The notes beneath the pieces were generated by a model. That model saw only the letters and a list, made by a program, of their open reading frames with translations, was not told where the DNA came from and made no database searches. A stretch of DNA of 64,000 nt. It comes from a virus. The DNA lies in the IMG/VR virus record IMGVR_UViG_3300025626_000006, positions 1 to 64,000 of that record; one strand, given 5' to 3'. A program made the translations under genes and the position numbers. Shown here in pieces: positions 46,497-56,052 of this stretch. Each line of letters opens with the position of its first letter. Position 1 is the stretch's first letter.

Positions 46497-47846
46497 TTAA
46501 AAGTCTAATTTAACCTTTACTAATATCTCATTAGAGAATGATTTTAGTATTGGTTTTGATAACTTAGCTATTGCTAACAATTCATTATCATTATTGTAAA
46601 GACCTACCGAAGTAATATATGTCTTAGGGTCACCTACAAATGTATTTTGTGCTAATCTACCTTCAGAACCCGAAACATATGTTGGGTTATTACTAAAGTT
46701 ATACTCAGCGTTCTTAGCTCTAATAAAATAGAATGTTGACTTTATCTCTTCTTCACTTCTAGCTTGGAATCCATTTAGTACACTATCTTCAGCTGAACCA
46801 CTAATTGCATTAAACAATTTGTTATGGTTTTGTGCGTCTGATACAGTTCGTACTGTTCCTAATGAAGCCGAAGCATCCATAGCAGCTGCACCTAATATGA
46901 TGATACCATGTTGTGGGTATACTTCACCATATATTTGAGCCGAACTTTGAACACCATTAAGTAGAGAACCACTTACAATGTTGTACTTGGTTTGTCTAGC
47001 ATTACCTGCTTGGTCTGTGTCTCCACTATCATCAATAAGTCTTAGCATTGGTTTTCCAGCTGAACCTGAGATACATAACTCCCAATTTCCTGGGTCTAAT
47101 CTATCTTTGATTCGTGCTCTGTTTATAGCTATAGCGTATATGTCATCTTGTGACTCATCAGAAAACTTAAATTTCTTTTGATTTGAAGATAATAAGATTT
47201 GTTGCATTTGAGAATATATAGCAGATGAAGGAGAATCTTCGTTTGTTCCTAAAGAACCACTACCAGCGTAGTGACCATATGCAACTGAGAACTGAGGTTC
47301 ATTTGTTGATACAGTTGGGTCTCCGTTATATATCTCATAGTAATATTGTTTTTGAGTATTTGATTGGTATGATGAAGTATGGAATACAGTTAACTCACCA
47401 CTATTACCACTCCACAATCCTCTTGTTACTCTTTTAGTTCCACCTTCTACAATGTCTTCAGTTGTAAATGCCGAATAGACTTTACCACTTCCATAATCAT
47501 ATGCTCCAGCTGGAATGATTGGTGTGTCATCTTGTATGACATCATCAACTGCGATATTATCTATTGTAGCGATATCAGCCTTTCGTGGGCCACCACCTGC
47601 GGCTACAGTATTACCACCACCTGTAGCTACGACATTACCACCGCCTTGAGTTAATATATTTCGTGGGTCACCTAAGTATGTTGCACCACCACCGCCGCCG
47701 TTAAAGTTTACACCTTCACCACCGCCAAACAGATTGCTACCATTTGTATTAAAGTAAGGGTTACCACCGCCATAGTATCCACCACCGCCTCCAGAGCCCA
47801 TTCCGAATCCGTTTCCAAATCCACCGAAAAAATCATTTATTGCCAT
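46497..47846 (-). CDS. baseplate/collar structural protein with Gly/aromatic-rich N-terminus
   Basis: C-terminal TYITSVGLYN..NELLAIAKLSKP is paralogous to 44762..46483. Confidence 0.65.
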   Translation of the reverse strand: MAINDFFGGFGNGFGMGSGGGGGYYGGGNPYFNTNGSNLFGGGEGVNFNGGGGGATYLGDPRNILTQGGGNVVATGGGNTVAAGGGPRKADIATIDNIAVDDVIQDDTPIIPAGAYDYGSGKVYSAFTTEDIVEGGTKRVTRGLWSGNSGELTVFHTSSYQSNTQKQYYYEIYNGDPTVSTNEPQFSVAYGHYAGSGSLGTNEDSPSSAIYSQMQQILLSSNQKKFKFSDESQDDIYAIAINRARIKDRLDPGNWELCISGSAGKPMLRLIDDSGDTDQAGNARQTKYNIVSGSLLNGVQSSAQIYGEVYPQHGIIILGAAAMDASASLGTVRTVSDAQNHNKLFNAISGSAEDSVLNGFQARSEEEIKSTFYFIRAKNAEYNFSNNPTYVSGSEGRLAQNTFVGDPKTYITSVGLYNNDNELLAIAKLSKPILKSFSNEILVKVKLDF

Positions 47847-47858
47847 GTCTTATTCCTC

Positions 47859-48500
47859 TTATTGATTTAACTTAGGTGAAACAGTTACATCTACTTCTAC
47901 ACGTCCACCAGTTTCATTACCAATAATTACAATTCTTGTTGTTGTCACTTTGTCAACAGGTAGAGTTGAAGTTGGTATGAATGAAAATGAGTTTAACCCA
48001 TTAACAGCGATTGCTTTACTTGTAGCGTATGAATTAACATTTATTACAGGACTTACTTTTCCTGGAACACCAGCATTACCTGTTATTGTTCCAACGTCAC
48101 TATTAAGTAATATAGCAGTGTATCCTAATTGTTCGTTACCACCATTTTTGGTTGTAACATTAATCGGCACCATTATTTCTTCTTCTCTTACTGAGATAGA
48201 AGTTTGTGATACAGTTAGGTATGGTAACTTAACTGTTGTTTTTGGTAACGATAGAAGTTTATACTTCATTAAGTAGTTCTCATCGGTAATAGCCTCTAAT
48301 ACTGGCATATTCTCGATTACAATACCATAGTAGTCACTACCTAATGAATGCGCGGGATTCCAAAGGTCATAATCTACCTCATCATCAGCTAATGCGAATT
48401 GAGTGATTTGAAATTTGTCCCTACCTTCGGCAAGTAACTCTCTTCCACGCTTAGTAAGTATAGCGTCTACTGTTACAGATGAATTATCTAAAAATCCCAT
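47859..48500 (-). CDS. baseplate/collar structural protein
   Basis: DAILTKRGRELLA..ITQFALADDEVDY, a tail-collar-like N-terminus. Confidence 0.65.
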   Translation of the reverse strand: MGFLDNSSVTVDAILTKRGRELLAEGRDKFQITQFALADDEVDYDLWNPAHSLGSDYYGIVIENMPVLEAITDENYLMKYKLLSLPKTTVKLPYLTVSQTSISVREEEIMVPINVTTKNGGNEQLGYTAILLNSDVGTITGNAGVPGKVSPVINVNSYATSKAIAVNGLNSFSFIPTSTLPVDKVTTTRIVIIGNETGGRVEVDVTVSPKLNQ

Positions 48501-48584
48501 AATTGTTTTCCTCTTTTATACATATAAATATAGTTTTTTTTATTATTTAACCTATTTCTTGTTTTATAGTTTATTTAAGGTAAA

Positions 48585-51500
48585 TTAAAACCCTAAATTA
48601 CGTGCGTTTCTATTTCGTCTACCCCTTAATCCTCGTTGAACTATATCAGTTGATATACGAGTTTGATTTGGTATTATTTTTGGGTTACTAGCTGCTTTAC
48701 CACCTCGTATTCCTTTAACCCTTGGGATTGGAAGTGGTTTAGATACTTGGAATGAACTCTCAACGTCTTGTGCTGAATCAACAGCGTCTTCTTTATCTAC
48801 TTCTTTGATATATGCTACTAAATCTTCAACAGGAACGAGTTTAACAGGTTTGATAGGTTTTGTACCACTACCAGCACCTGAACCTACACTACCATTATCA
48901 GATGGAGTATTGTACACTAATACAGTTGGTTCAACTTTAGTTATTTCAATCACAGGCCCACCATCGGGTGTATCTAATGAATCTGTTGTTAATGAATCAC
49001 TTGATATTTTACAACCATTGTAAAGTAAATTTTCTATATTACCAGCAAGACGTGTGTCTTGTACTCTTGCGAAATGAAACGATGCTGAATTAGCGAATTC
49101 GATTCCTAAAGAAGCACTTACTGAATTACTATAAAAGTATTTTGGTTCTAAGTAGTGAGATGACATTCTCGCATTTGTTATATGTGAACCTGTTGGTGAA
49201 TATTCCCAATACGGGTTTGTATCATCAAAGTATTGACCAGTTGTTATATTTAGTCTTTGTATTTTTTCAAACTTGTAAACAGCTGATGTAAAATTATCTA
49301 TGTCAATACTTGAGGACAAATGAAGGAATGACCCACTAATACTTTGTACCACAGTAATAGGATTAGCTTTGTACTGATGGTCAGTATGTGATATAGTGTC
49401 AGGTCTTTTGTAATTATTTCTTTCAAATACATGAGGTTCAATCAATATACCTTTGTGCCAATCAGCTCTCGCAGGTACAATTTGTTTCATAGAATCAAAT
49501 ATAGACATATCATATCTTGATAACATATCTATGATTAATTGAATACCAGTACGACCAGTATACTTTTGAAAATAGTTTCTAGCTCTAAAGTCTAATATAT
49601 CATAACCATCGTTATTTCTGACATCAGTATCCCCTACTAAATCATCTATTTCAAAATACCCCTCTGATGCGTATATATCAAAGTTGACAGTATCTGTTGT
49701 TGAAAAGTATGTTCCTAATAGGTTTGAATCATTTGGAGCAAAATCATATTGACTCACTTCATTTGATTTATCAAATAGTAATGGGCCTTTTAACGAACCT
49801 GATTCAATTCTTACTTTATTGTTAGTAAGGTTTAATGCACCTACTGATGGAATTGTTACATACATCGTATCAACTTCACCCACCAATTGACTCGGACTTC
49901 CGTTTGCATATGATGCTGATAAGAAATGACCATAGTCCGAAGTTGATATTTTTTGATTTGGATGTCTTGATATTATAGAACCACTAATTGTGTTAAAAGT
50001 ACTATCAGGAAATATTCTGTATAATACTTTTTCAAATGAAGTATCTAAATCTAAGTCAGTTGTATTGTCGTCACTAAAATAAGCTTCTCTATTTTTAGCG
50101 TGTTCTTGAATTATCTCATTTGATAATGGTTCTGAATAATATCTGACTTCTTGAATACTTGAAGTTGTATTAATTCCATTATTAAATGGAGATTCTAATC
50201 TGTTTAAACTACTTGATTGTTGTGTTGAGTTCCAAATAATATTAATATCATGTGATGTTGTTGATGCAGTCGGATTAGCTAGTATATCACCCCAATCGTC
50301 TACCCACGCAGAATATAAACTATATCCACCAGAACCAGAGTTTACTGTCACAGCGATATCACGTTGTTTCTTATATGGAACAGTTGGTGTGGTCATAAAC
50401 GCTGAACTTCCGTTTGTGACTGAGAAATGTCCAGTAGCTAATTGAGAGTTGTAATGCCATCTCAAATCAGAAGTAGCCCCATCCCATTGGTGTAATCTAA
50501 ATACAGTATGGTTACCTTGTGGCATTTTTCCTATAATTTCAATAGCACCTGGTCGTTTAGATTGTATAGTATCCCATGGGTGTATGGCTGGTTGACCGCC
50601 TGATAATTTTAGTTTATATACAAATCTATCGTGTTCGTATACATTTTTAGTATCTGCGATTTTTGGCCCACCATACTCTCTAATTTTAAGAAATGAACTT
50701 GGAATACCATATGATGATATCAATGATTTAAATGACCTAGCAGTACCTTTAGATTTATATATACCAGGTAAGTTGTTTAGTAAACGTCTCCACGTTTCTT
50801 GTACTATTTCTTTTGTAGGTTTCGTCTCAAGTGAGCCGGAATTAATCCCATCATTAGTACCTGTTTTATTAACACCTAATTCATAATTCCATAAAGCTGC
50901 GTCTGAGTATCCGTTGAACAACTTCCAACCAAACCCTTCAGCTACTACATCGACTAATTGATTTGGAAGTCCATCTTTTGGATGTTCTTCTCGTAGGTTT
51001 ACAGTTGTTAGAGCTTCTATGTAAGTCCATACTATATCAAAATGTTGCCCAAGCATATTAATAAATGTTATATACTCAGAGTTCTTTTCGTCATCTTGTA
51101 TATTTACAGGAATTAAATTTCGTAATCTTCCAGCGTTTACGGCATCATAGTCTTCAGCTATTTTGTAAGTTTTATTATACCACAACTTACCTTGTGAAGT
51201 TGTTGACCCATAGAGCTCATTTGGATTTGTAGAAGCTTTTGGGTATGGTTCTACAATAAACTCAGATGATGAGTGATGTGTATATAGTGAAGCTTGATTA
51301 CTATAATATAACCAATATTCAAAATCGTCAAATCCACCAATTAATGCGTCTCGTCTATTTTGTGATTGAGATATGTTAGTTAATGCTTCAGAACCACTTA
51401 CATTATTTAATGTGGAAATTCTTGAATCAAATCTTTCAATTTGTTGTAGTTTATATCTAAAGTTCTTGACTCTCTCAGCTGCTGACGAGAAGTTTACAAA

Positions 51501-52799
51501 GTTTGAAAAATCTGAATGGTCGGTGTTTAGTTTAATGTTACCTAAAGACCCACTAAAAAACTTGTCTATTACTTGTTGGCTAGTTGGGTATCCTGCGTCT
51601 AACAAACTATTCCAACTTTCAAATTCTCCACTACCATTATTGGATGATGCTAATTCGTAGTTAAAGTTTGGTTCAGAAAAATCATTAGCACTACCGATTG
51701 TTTCCAATGCATTGAAGACTATTAATTTCTCAACATAAGGTTTTATTAATTCTAATTGAACATCTACTACGTCATTAATTTTAACTGATGAGTCAACTTC
51801 CGTATATAACTTTAATATTGCCTCATCTACTGATTGTAATCCATCAGCTTGTGTATTATATGTTAAGCTAAGATTGTCAGTATTAATAACAACAGTACCA
51901 CCCGTTTCTACTAACCTTGCCGTATCTTGTGGTACATCTGGTGGTAATGATCCAGATGTTAAGAACGGCTCATCATCTTTCTTAATCCAAGACAATGTAG
52001 TATTAGAGTTTCTTGTTAGTTTATATCTATCAAAGTTTTGGGTTACAGGATACGCTGTTGCACTTCCCGGATAAACTGTATTGAATGGTCGAGTCGTGTC
52101 TACTTCCATAAACGTTGCCCATTTACCAACACCACCATTACCATCTAAGGTTGTAGAAGTTGGTATCCAAACCAAACCTGCTCCATCGTTTGGATAGGGC
52201 AGAGTGGCAACAGTAACAGGATTTAACGTTCCAAAGAATGCCATATCTAAGACATTATTTATTTTGTTATTACCTAAGTTTAAAATAAATGGCGTATGAT
52301 TATCTCTGCCCTCAAAAGAATTACTTGGACTTCCAATATTTTTTCCATTGTATACGTTTCGTAATCCCAAAAATGCATTAGGGGTTACTGAAGCAATTCT
52401 AATTTCTTTTTTGTCTGCGGATATCTCTGTTATTCTACCCCTAGCTACTTGATGAACATGATTATATACAATTGAATATGTACCCGATTGAAATCCAGCA
52501 TATCTAATATCCTTTTCAGGTTGTACTAAAATAGCAGGAGATGTTCCATTTGCTGGAACATTGGTTTTTATTTGATTACCAATACTTGAGTATTGTCTTT
52601 GGTCACCAGAATAAACGTGGTACTCCATTGTTGGAATCGTAAGACCCCGTACACCAGTACCAGTTAAATCTTGTGGTTGTAGCTCTAACTCAACTATCCC
52701 ATTTGATATAGCGGCTAAATCGTCTGCAGACCACGTCTGCCCAAAAGTAGGAGACTTGGAATTAACTTGGTCGGTATTTGTATATCTATCTAAAGGCAT
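48585..52799 (-). CDS. large baseplate wedge protein (gp7/P2 gpI-like domain)
   Basis: GQHFD, LP..L...AEGFGW, YKSKGTARS..LISSYGIP..L.IREYG. Confidence 0.65.
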   Translation of the reverse strand: MPLDRYTNTDQVNSKSPTFGQTWSADDLAAISNGIVELELQPQDLTGTGVRGLTIPTMEYHVYSGDQRQYSSIGNQIKTNVPANGTSPAILVQPEKDIRYAGFQSGTYSIVYNHVHQVARGRITEISADKKEIRIASVTPNAFLGLRNVYNGKNIGSPSNSFEGRDNHTPFILNLGNNKINNVLDMAFFGTLNPVTVATLPYPNDGAGLVWIPTSTTLDGNGGVGKWATFMEVDTTRPFNTVYPGSATAYPVTQNFDRYKLTRNSNTTLSWIKKDDEPFLTSGSLPPDVPQDTARLVETGGTVVINTDNLSLTYNTQADGLQSVDEAILKLYTEVDSSVKINDVVDVQLELIKPYVEKLIVFNALETIGSANDFSEPNFNYELASSNNGSGEFESWNSLLDAGYPTSQQVIDKFFSGSLGNIKLNTDHSDFSNFVNFSSAAERVKNFRYKLQQIERFDSRISTLNNVSGSEALTNISQSQNRRDALIGGFDDFEYWLYYSNQASLYTHHSSSEFIVEPYPKASTNPNELYGSTTSQGKLWYNKTYKIAEDYDAVNAGRLRNLIPVNIQDDEKNSEYITFINMLGQHFDIVWTYIEALTTVNLREEHPKDGLPNQLVDVVAEGFGWKLFNGYSDAALWNYELGVNKTGTNDGINSGSLETKPTKEIVQETWRRLLNNLPGIYKSKGTARSFKSLISSYGIPSSFLKIREYGGPKIADTKNVYEHDRFVYKLKLSGGQPAIHPWDTIQSKRPGAIEIIGKMPQGNHTVFRLHQWDGATSDLRWHYNSQLATGHFSVTNGSSAFMTTPTVPYKKQRDIAVTVNSGSGGYSLYSAWVDDWGDILANPTASTTSHDINIIWNSTQQSSSLNRLESPFNNGINTTSSIQEVRYYSEPLSNEIIQEHAKNREAYFSDDNTTDLDLDTSFEKVLYRIFPDSTFNTISGSIISRHPNQKISTSDYGHFLSASYANGSPSQLVGEVDTMYVTIPSVGALNLTNNKVRIESGSLKGPLLFDKSNEVSQYDFAPNDSNLLGTYFSTTDTVNFDIYASEGYFEIDDLVGDTDVRNNDGYDILDFRARNYFQKYTGRTGIQLIIDMLSRYDMSIFDSMKQIVPARADWHKGILIEPHVFERNNYKRPDTISHTDHQYKANPITVVQSISGSFLHLSSSIDIDNFTSAVYKFEKIQRLNITTGQYFDDTNPYWEYSPTGSHITNARMSSHYLEPKYFYSNSVSASLGIEFANSASFHFARVQDTRLAGNIENLLYNGCKISSDSLTTDSLDTPDGGPVIEITKVEPTVLVYNTPSDNGSVGSGAGSGTKPIKPVKLVPVEDLVAYIKEVDKEDAVDSAQDVESSFQVSKPLPIPRVKGIRGGKAASNPKIIPNQTRISTDIVQRGLRGRRNRNARNLGF

Positions 52800-53367
52800 T
52801 TTTTATATCCAAATGTACTCCAGAATAAATATCCTCTTGTACTCTTTTTTTAGCTTTAGCTATTGTACGATAATCATAACCATCCATTTGATACAATCCA
52901 CATGGTAATGGTGTAACTCTATATTTGGTTTCATATCTTGTTATAGTCCTTGGCGTATTAATATCTCTTGCTTCGTATTCAGTAAAATTTTTAATTCGTG
53001 TAAACTTTTCAGTTTTCTGTATTCGTTGACACTTTTTTCTTATAGCTAAATGCTCTTGATAAAGATTTTGATTTTGCCATTTTATATCTATAAGTAGTTT
53101 ATTTTGAAATCCTAAAATCATTGCTTTATCTAAAACATCTTTTAAATTAGGATAACTTTTAATCTCACCTCTTAGTATTATATCAATATCATTTGTTTTA
53201 ATATTAGCACCATACACTTTTTCTGCAAATGAACCTACTAAATAAACTTTATAGTCGTCTAAGTTAGTAGCTTTTTTAAGCTGACCCCACCATGATTTGA
53301 ATGCCATCATTGTTGGTTCATTCCATGGGGTTCGAGTTTCTATGTTACCTGCTCTAAAATAAAACAT
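52786..53367 (-). CDS. Pol-beta-superfamily minimal nucleotidyltransferase
   Basis: VYLVGSFA..NDIDIIL..IDI: GS plus DxD plus a third Asp. Confidence 0.7.
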   Translation of the reverse strand: MFYFRAGNIETRTPWNEPTMMAFKSWWGQLKKATNLDDYKVYLVGSFAEKVYGANIKTNDIDIILRGEIKSYPNLKDVLDKAMILGFQNKLLIDIKWQNQNLYQEHLAIRKKCQRIQKTEKFTRIKNFTEYEARDINTPRTITRYETKYRVTPLPCGLYQMDGYDYRTIAKAKKRVQEDIYSGVHLDIKNAFR

Positions 53368-53375
53368 ATATTCCT

Positions 53376-53966
53376 TTAATCTGAGTAATAGTCATCTGAG
53401 TAATAGTTTCCACCACCACCACCACCAATGGAGTTTGAACCACCAGTAACACCCGATAGGTTACCTACTCCACCACCACTTGTGTTTCCAGCTGGTTGAT
53501 TAGCTTGTGCATTATTAAGGTTAGCCATATTATTATCAATGTAACCTGGTGGCACCATTGATGTGGTTTCTGTTTGACCTTCTACATAACCCCATCCAGC
53601 TGTTGTAGCTAAGTCTCTTGGGATTTGTGAATAAGTTCCTGTATTAATTCCGGCTGGAACACTTGGGTATACAAATGACAATTTCTTGATAACTGTATCT
53701 ATATTATTTCTAAACGTTTGGTCATCATATCGTGTAGCTTTTGTTGATGGAGTACCTTCTATTGGTAGTACAGGCAACTGTCCATATGTTGGTGTTGCAA
53801 GGTCTGAACTATTTGGAACTATCTCATATGATATTATCTGACCTCTAACGTTTCGCTCAATAGGACGTGACACCTGTGGGTTTTCTCCACTTGGTGCTTG
53901 TAATGGAGTTCCTGAATCTACGTTAACTGGTGTAGATGTTTGATTTGTTGTAGGTGCCATTGCCAT
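53376..53966 (-). CDS. hypothetical protein, low-complexity C-terminus
   Basis: 196-aa ORF abutting its neighbours. Confidence 0.55.
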   Translation of the reverse strand: MAMAPTTNQTSTPVNVDSGTPLQAPSGENPQVSRPIERNVRGQIISYEIVPNSSDLATPTYGQLPVLPIEGTPSTKATRYDDQTFRNNIDTVIKKLSFVYPSVPAGINTGTYSQIPRDLATTAGWGYVEGQTETTSMVPPGYIDNNMANLNNAQANQPAGNTSGGGVGNLSGVTGGSNSIGGGGGGNYYSDDYYSD

Positions 53967-53967
53967 A

Positions 53968-56043
53968 TTATCTTACCACTTTAAAATAAAAATTATCATC
54001 ATAGTATCGTGTTGTACCACCTTGGTCTACTCTAAAACAAAACTTATAGAATCTTTCAGGTTGTAATCCATTAAACCAAAAGTTAAAGTAATTACCACTT
54101 GAATCACAACTTAACTTTGTATAGCTTGTATCAAATGGAATAATAACTTGGTCTGTATCGGCGTCAACTATCGAGTAATATGATGTGGTTGGTAAATACT
54201 TTATAGACTTTAATGGGTTTGACGCAAAACTTCTACTTGGATATCGTTCTCTACCAAATACTCGTATCTTACCTTTTGATTTTTCTTTATATTCGGTTTG
54301 TAGGTTTTTAACATAAACTACTATATCGTCTGAAACTAATGATGATAGTGACCCCGTAACAAAAGAAGAATCATCCCATCGTGTTTCTAAAACAGGTGGA
54401 TATATTGTATGCGTGTCTGATGAAAAGAATTTGATTGTACCAAACTTTGTTGGAGAACTCTCATCTACATTTTTCTTTTTGATTATGAACCCATTGTTAT
54501 TACGAGTTCCATCAATCCACTCTGTAACATATTGTGTTACATTGGTGTCAAAACTTTCTGTGTATTTATCAAATGATTGGGTGTAGTGTAATCCGCTAAA
54601 TGATGACGTGAACCATGTACCCCCACCTTCGGTTACAGACCAACGTGCGTCATAAAATACATCGGCGTATAACGATGAGGTTGTATCGACATTAAATGAG
54701 ATTAAATTAAAGTTGTCCAATGACCCACTAGCCGAATAACTACCACTAGCGAAGAATGTCCATCTAAACAAATAATCTCCATTTTGACGTGCATTAAATG
54801 AAATTGATGGAGATAGGCTTGATGTTATATTTTTAACATATCCAGTTAAGTCATTTGTGTCAACCACACGACCATCAGGATCAATAATATCAAATTCAAT
54901 TCCTTGTGCAGTTCCATCAGCGTATGTTGTTTTATAGTTACCAGAATCTAAATCGAAACTAGCAGTATACCCAGCGTCAGCTTGTAAATAGTATTTTCTA
55001 TTAAGAGTTGCTCCGCCAAATCCGTTTGCGTTTAATTGCATTTTACTATTACTAATGACAGCAGACCCAGTAGTTTGTGGATTTCCAGCATCACCCGTAA
55101 TTGGTTGGTTTAAGGTGTAAGTAGTAGGTAGTGTATCTGACTCAACATTAAATTGGTCTAAGATTAATGTACCAGGAGGTGTTGTTGCAAATAATAAGAA
55201 GTTGTCAATATTACCCGATGAACCATCAGCTCCGTTAGTATCAAAGAATGTATATTGTATTTTATACTGACCGGCCATACTTGATGTAAATCCAAGTTTG
55301 TAAGTTCCAGTAGCTGATATTGATTCCTTGTATCCTACAATTTCATCATTTAATCGTGAACCGCTTGGGTCGATTACATTAAAATCTACACCTGATAATG
55401 TGTCTCTATTAAAATCAAAATGAATATTATATATTTTAGCATCGTCCAATGATGCTGACAAGTTTGCCGTTCCACCACTAAAATTAGATGATGATAATAC
55501 TAACTTACCATCTATTGCTTGTACAGATGGTACTTCACCTAATGTACCATTGATAGCTTCAACTAATGTAAATCCACCAGTATTACCAACGAAATCATAA
55601 TATGCTTCTAATGCGCCAACTGTTGCAGCGTCAAGTGGTTTGTCCACTGTTGAATTTGCTGTATCCCAACTTGAACCACTTAGTCGTTGTGTCCAAGTAA
55701 CACTTTGGTCTTTTAATGGATAGTCTATTTTTCCAATACCCTCTTCCCAAGATTCTTTTAATGGAAACGTATATAGAGTGTAGTCCGATTGTATTTCTCT
55801 ACTCTCAATGTTTTCTAATCTAAGTCTATATTGTGGTGATGTTATTGTACCAGCATCCACAAGACTCTTTAACTCGTTTAAATTAAATTGAATTAAAGCT
55901 CGTGAGTTACCTAATAGGGTAGTGTTATCTGTGTCGTAAAACTTTCCGACTTCAAGAATTTCATCTTTACCTGTGTTTTGAGACTTACGAACATTGTCTT
56001 CGTATATTGTAGCGTCTTTTTGTGGATATATTCTATAAATCAT
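53968..56043 (-). CDS. virion structural protein (DNRLRE-like domain with duplicated carbohydrate-binding-like insert)
   Basis: KDATIYE..SRALIQF..ESWEEG..W. Two internal repeats FxGGT/A..IDP.G..GY..G.Y..TFF..DNF.L. Confidence 0.6.
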   Translation of the reverse strand: MIYRIYPQKDATIYEDNVRKSQNTGKDEILEVGKFYDTDNTTLLGNSRALIQFNLNELKSLVDAGTITSPQYRLRLENIESREIQSDYTLYTFPLKESWEEGIGKIDYPLKDQSVTWTQRLSGSSWDTANSTVDKPLDAATVGALEAYYDFVGNTGGFTLVEAINGTLGEVPSVQAIDGKLVLSSSNFSGGTANLSASLDDAKIYNIHFDFNRDTLSGVDFNVIDPSGSRLNDEIVGYKESISATGTYKLGFTSSMAGQYKIQYTFFDTNGADGSSGNIDNFLLFATTPPGTLILDQFNVESDTLPTTYTLNQPITGDAGNPQTTGSAVISNSKMQLNANGFGGATLNRKYYLQADAGYTASFDLDSGNYKTTYADGTAQGIEFDIIDPDGRVVDTNDLTGYVKNITSSLSPSISFNARQNGDYLFRWTFFASGSYSASGSLDNFNLISFNVDTTSSLYADVFYDARWSVTEGGGTWFTSSFSGLHYTQSFDKYTESFDTNVTQYVTEWIDGTRNNNGFIIKKKNVDESSPTKFGTIKFFSSDTHTIYPPVLETRWDDSSFVTGSLSSLVSDDIVVYVKNLQTEYKEKSKGKIRVFGRERYPSRSFASNPLKSIKYLPTTSYYSIVDADTDQVIIPFDTSYTKLSCDSSGNYFNFWFNGLQPERFYKFCFRVDQGGTTRYYDDNFYFKVVR

Positions 56044-56052
56044 GTTTTACCT

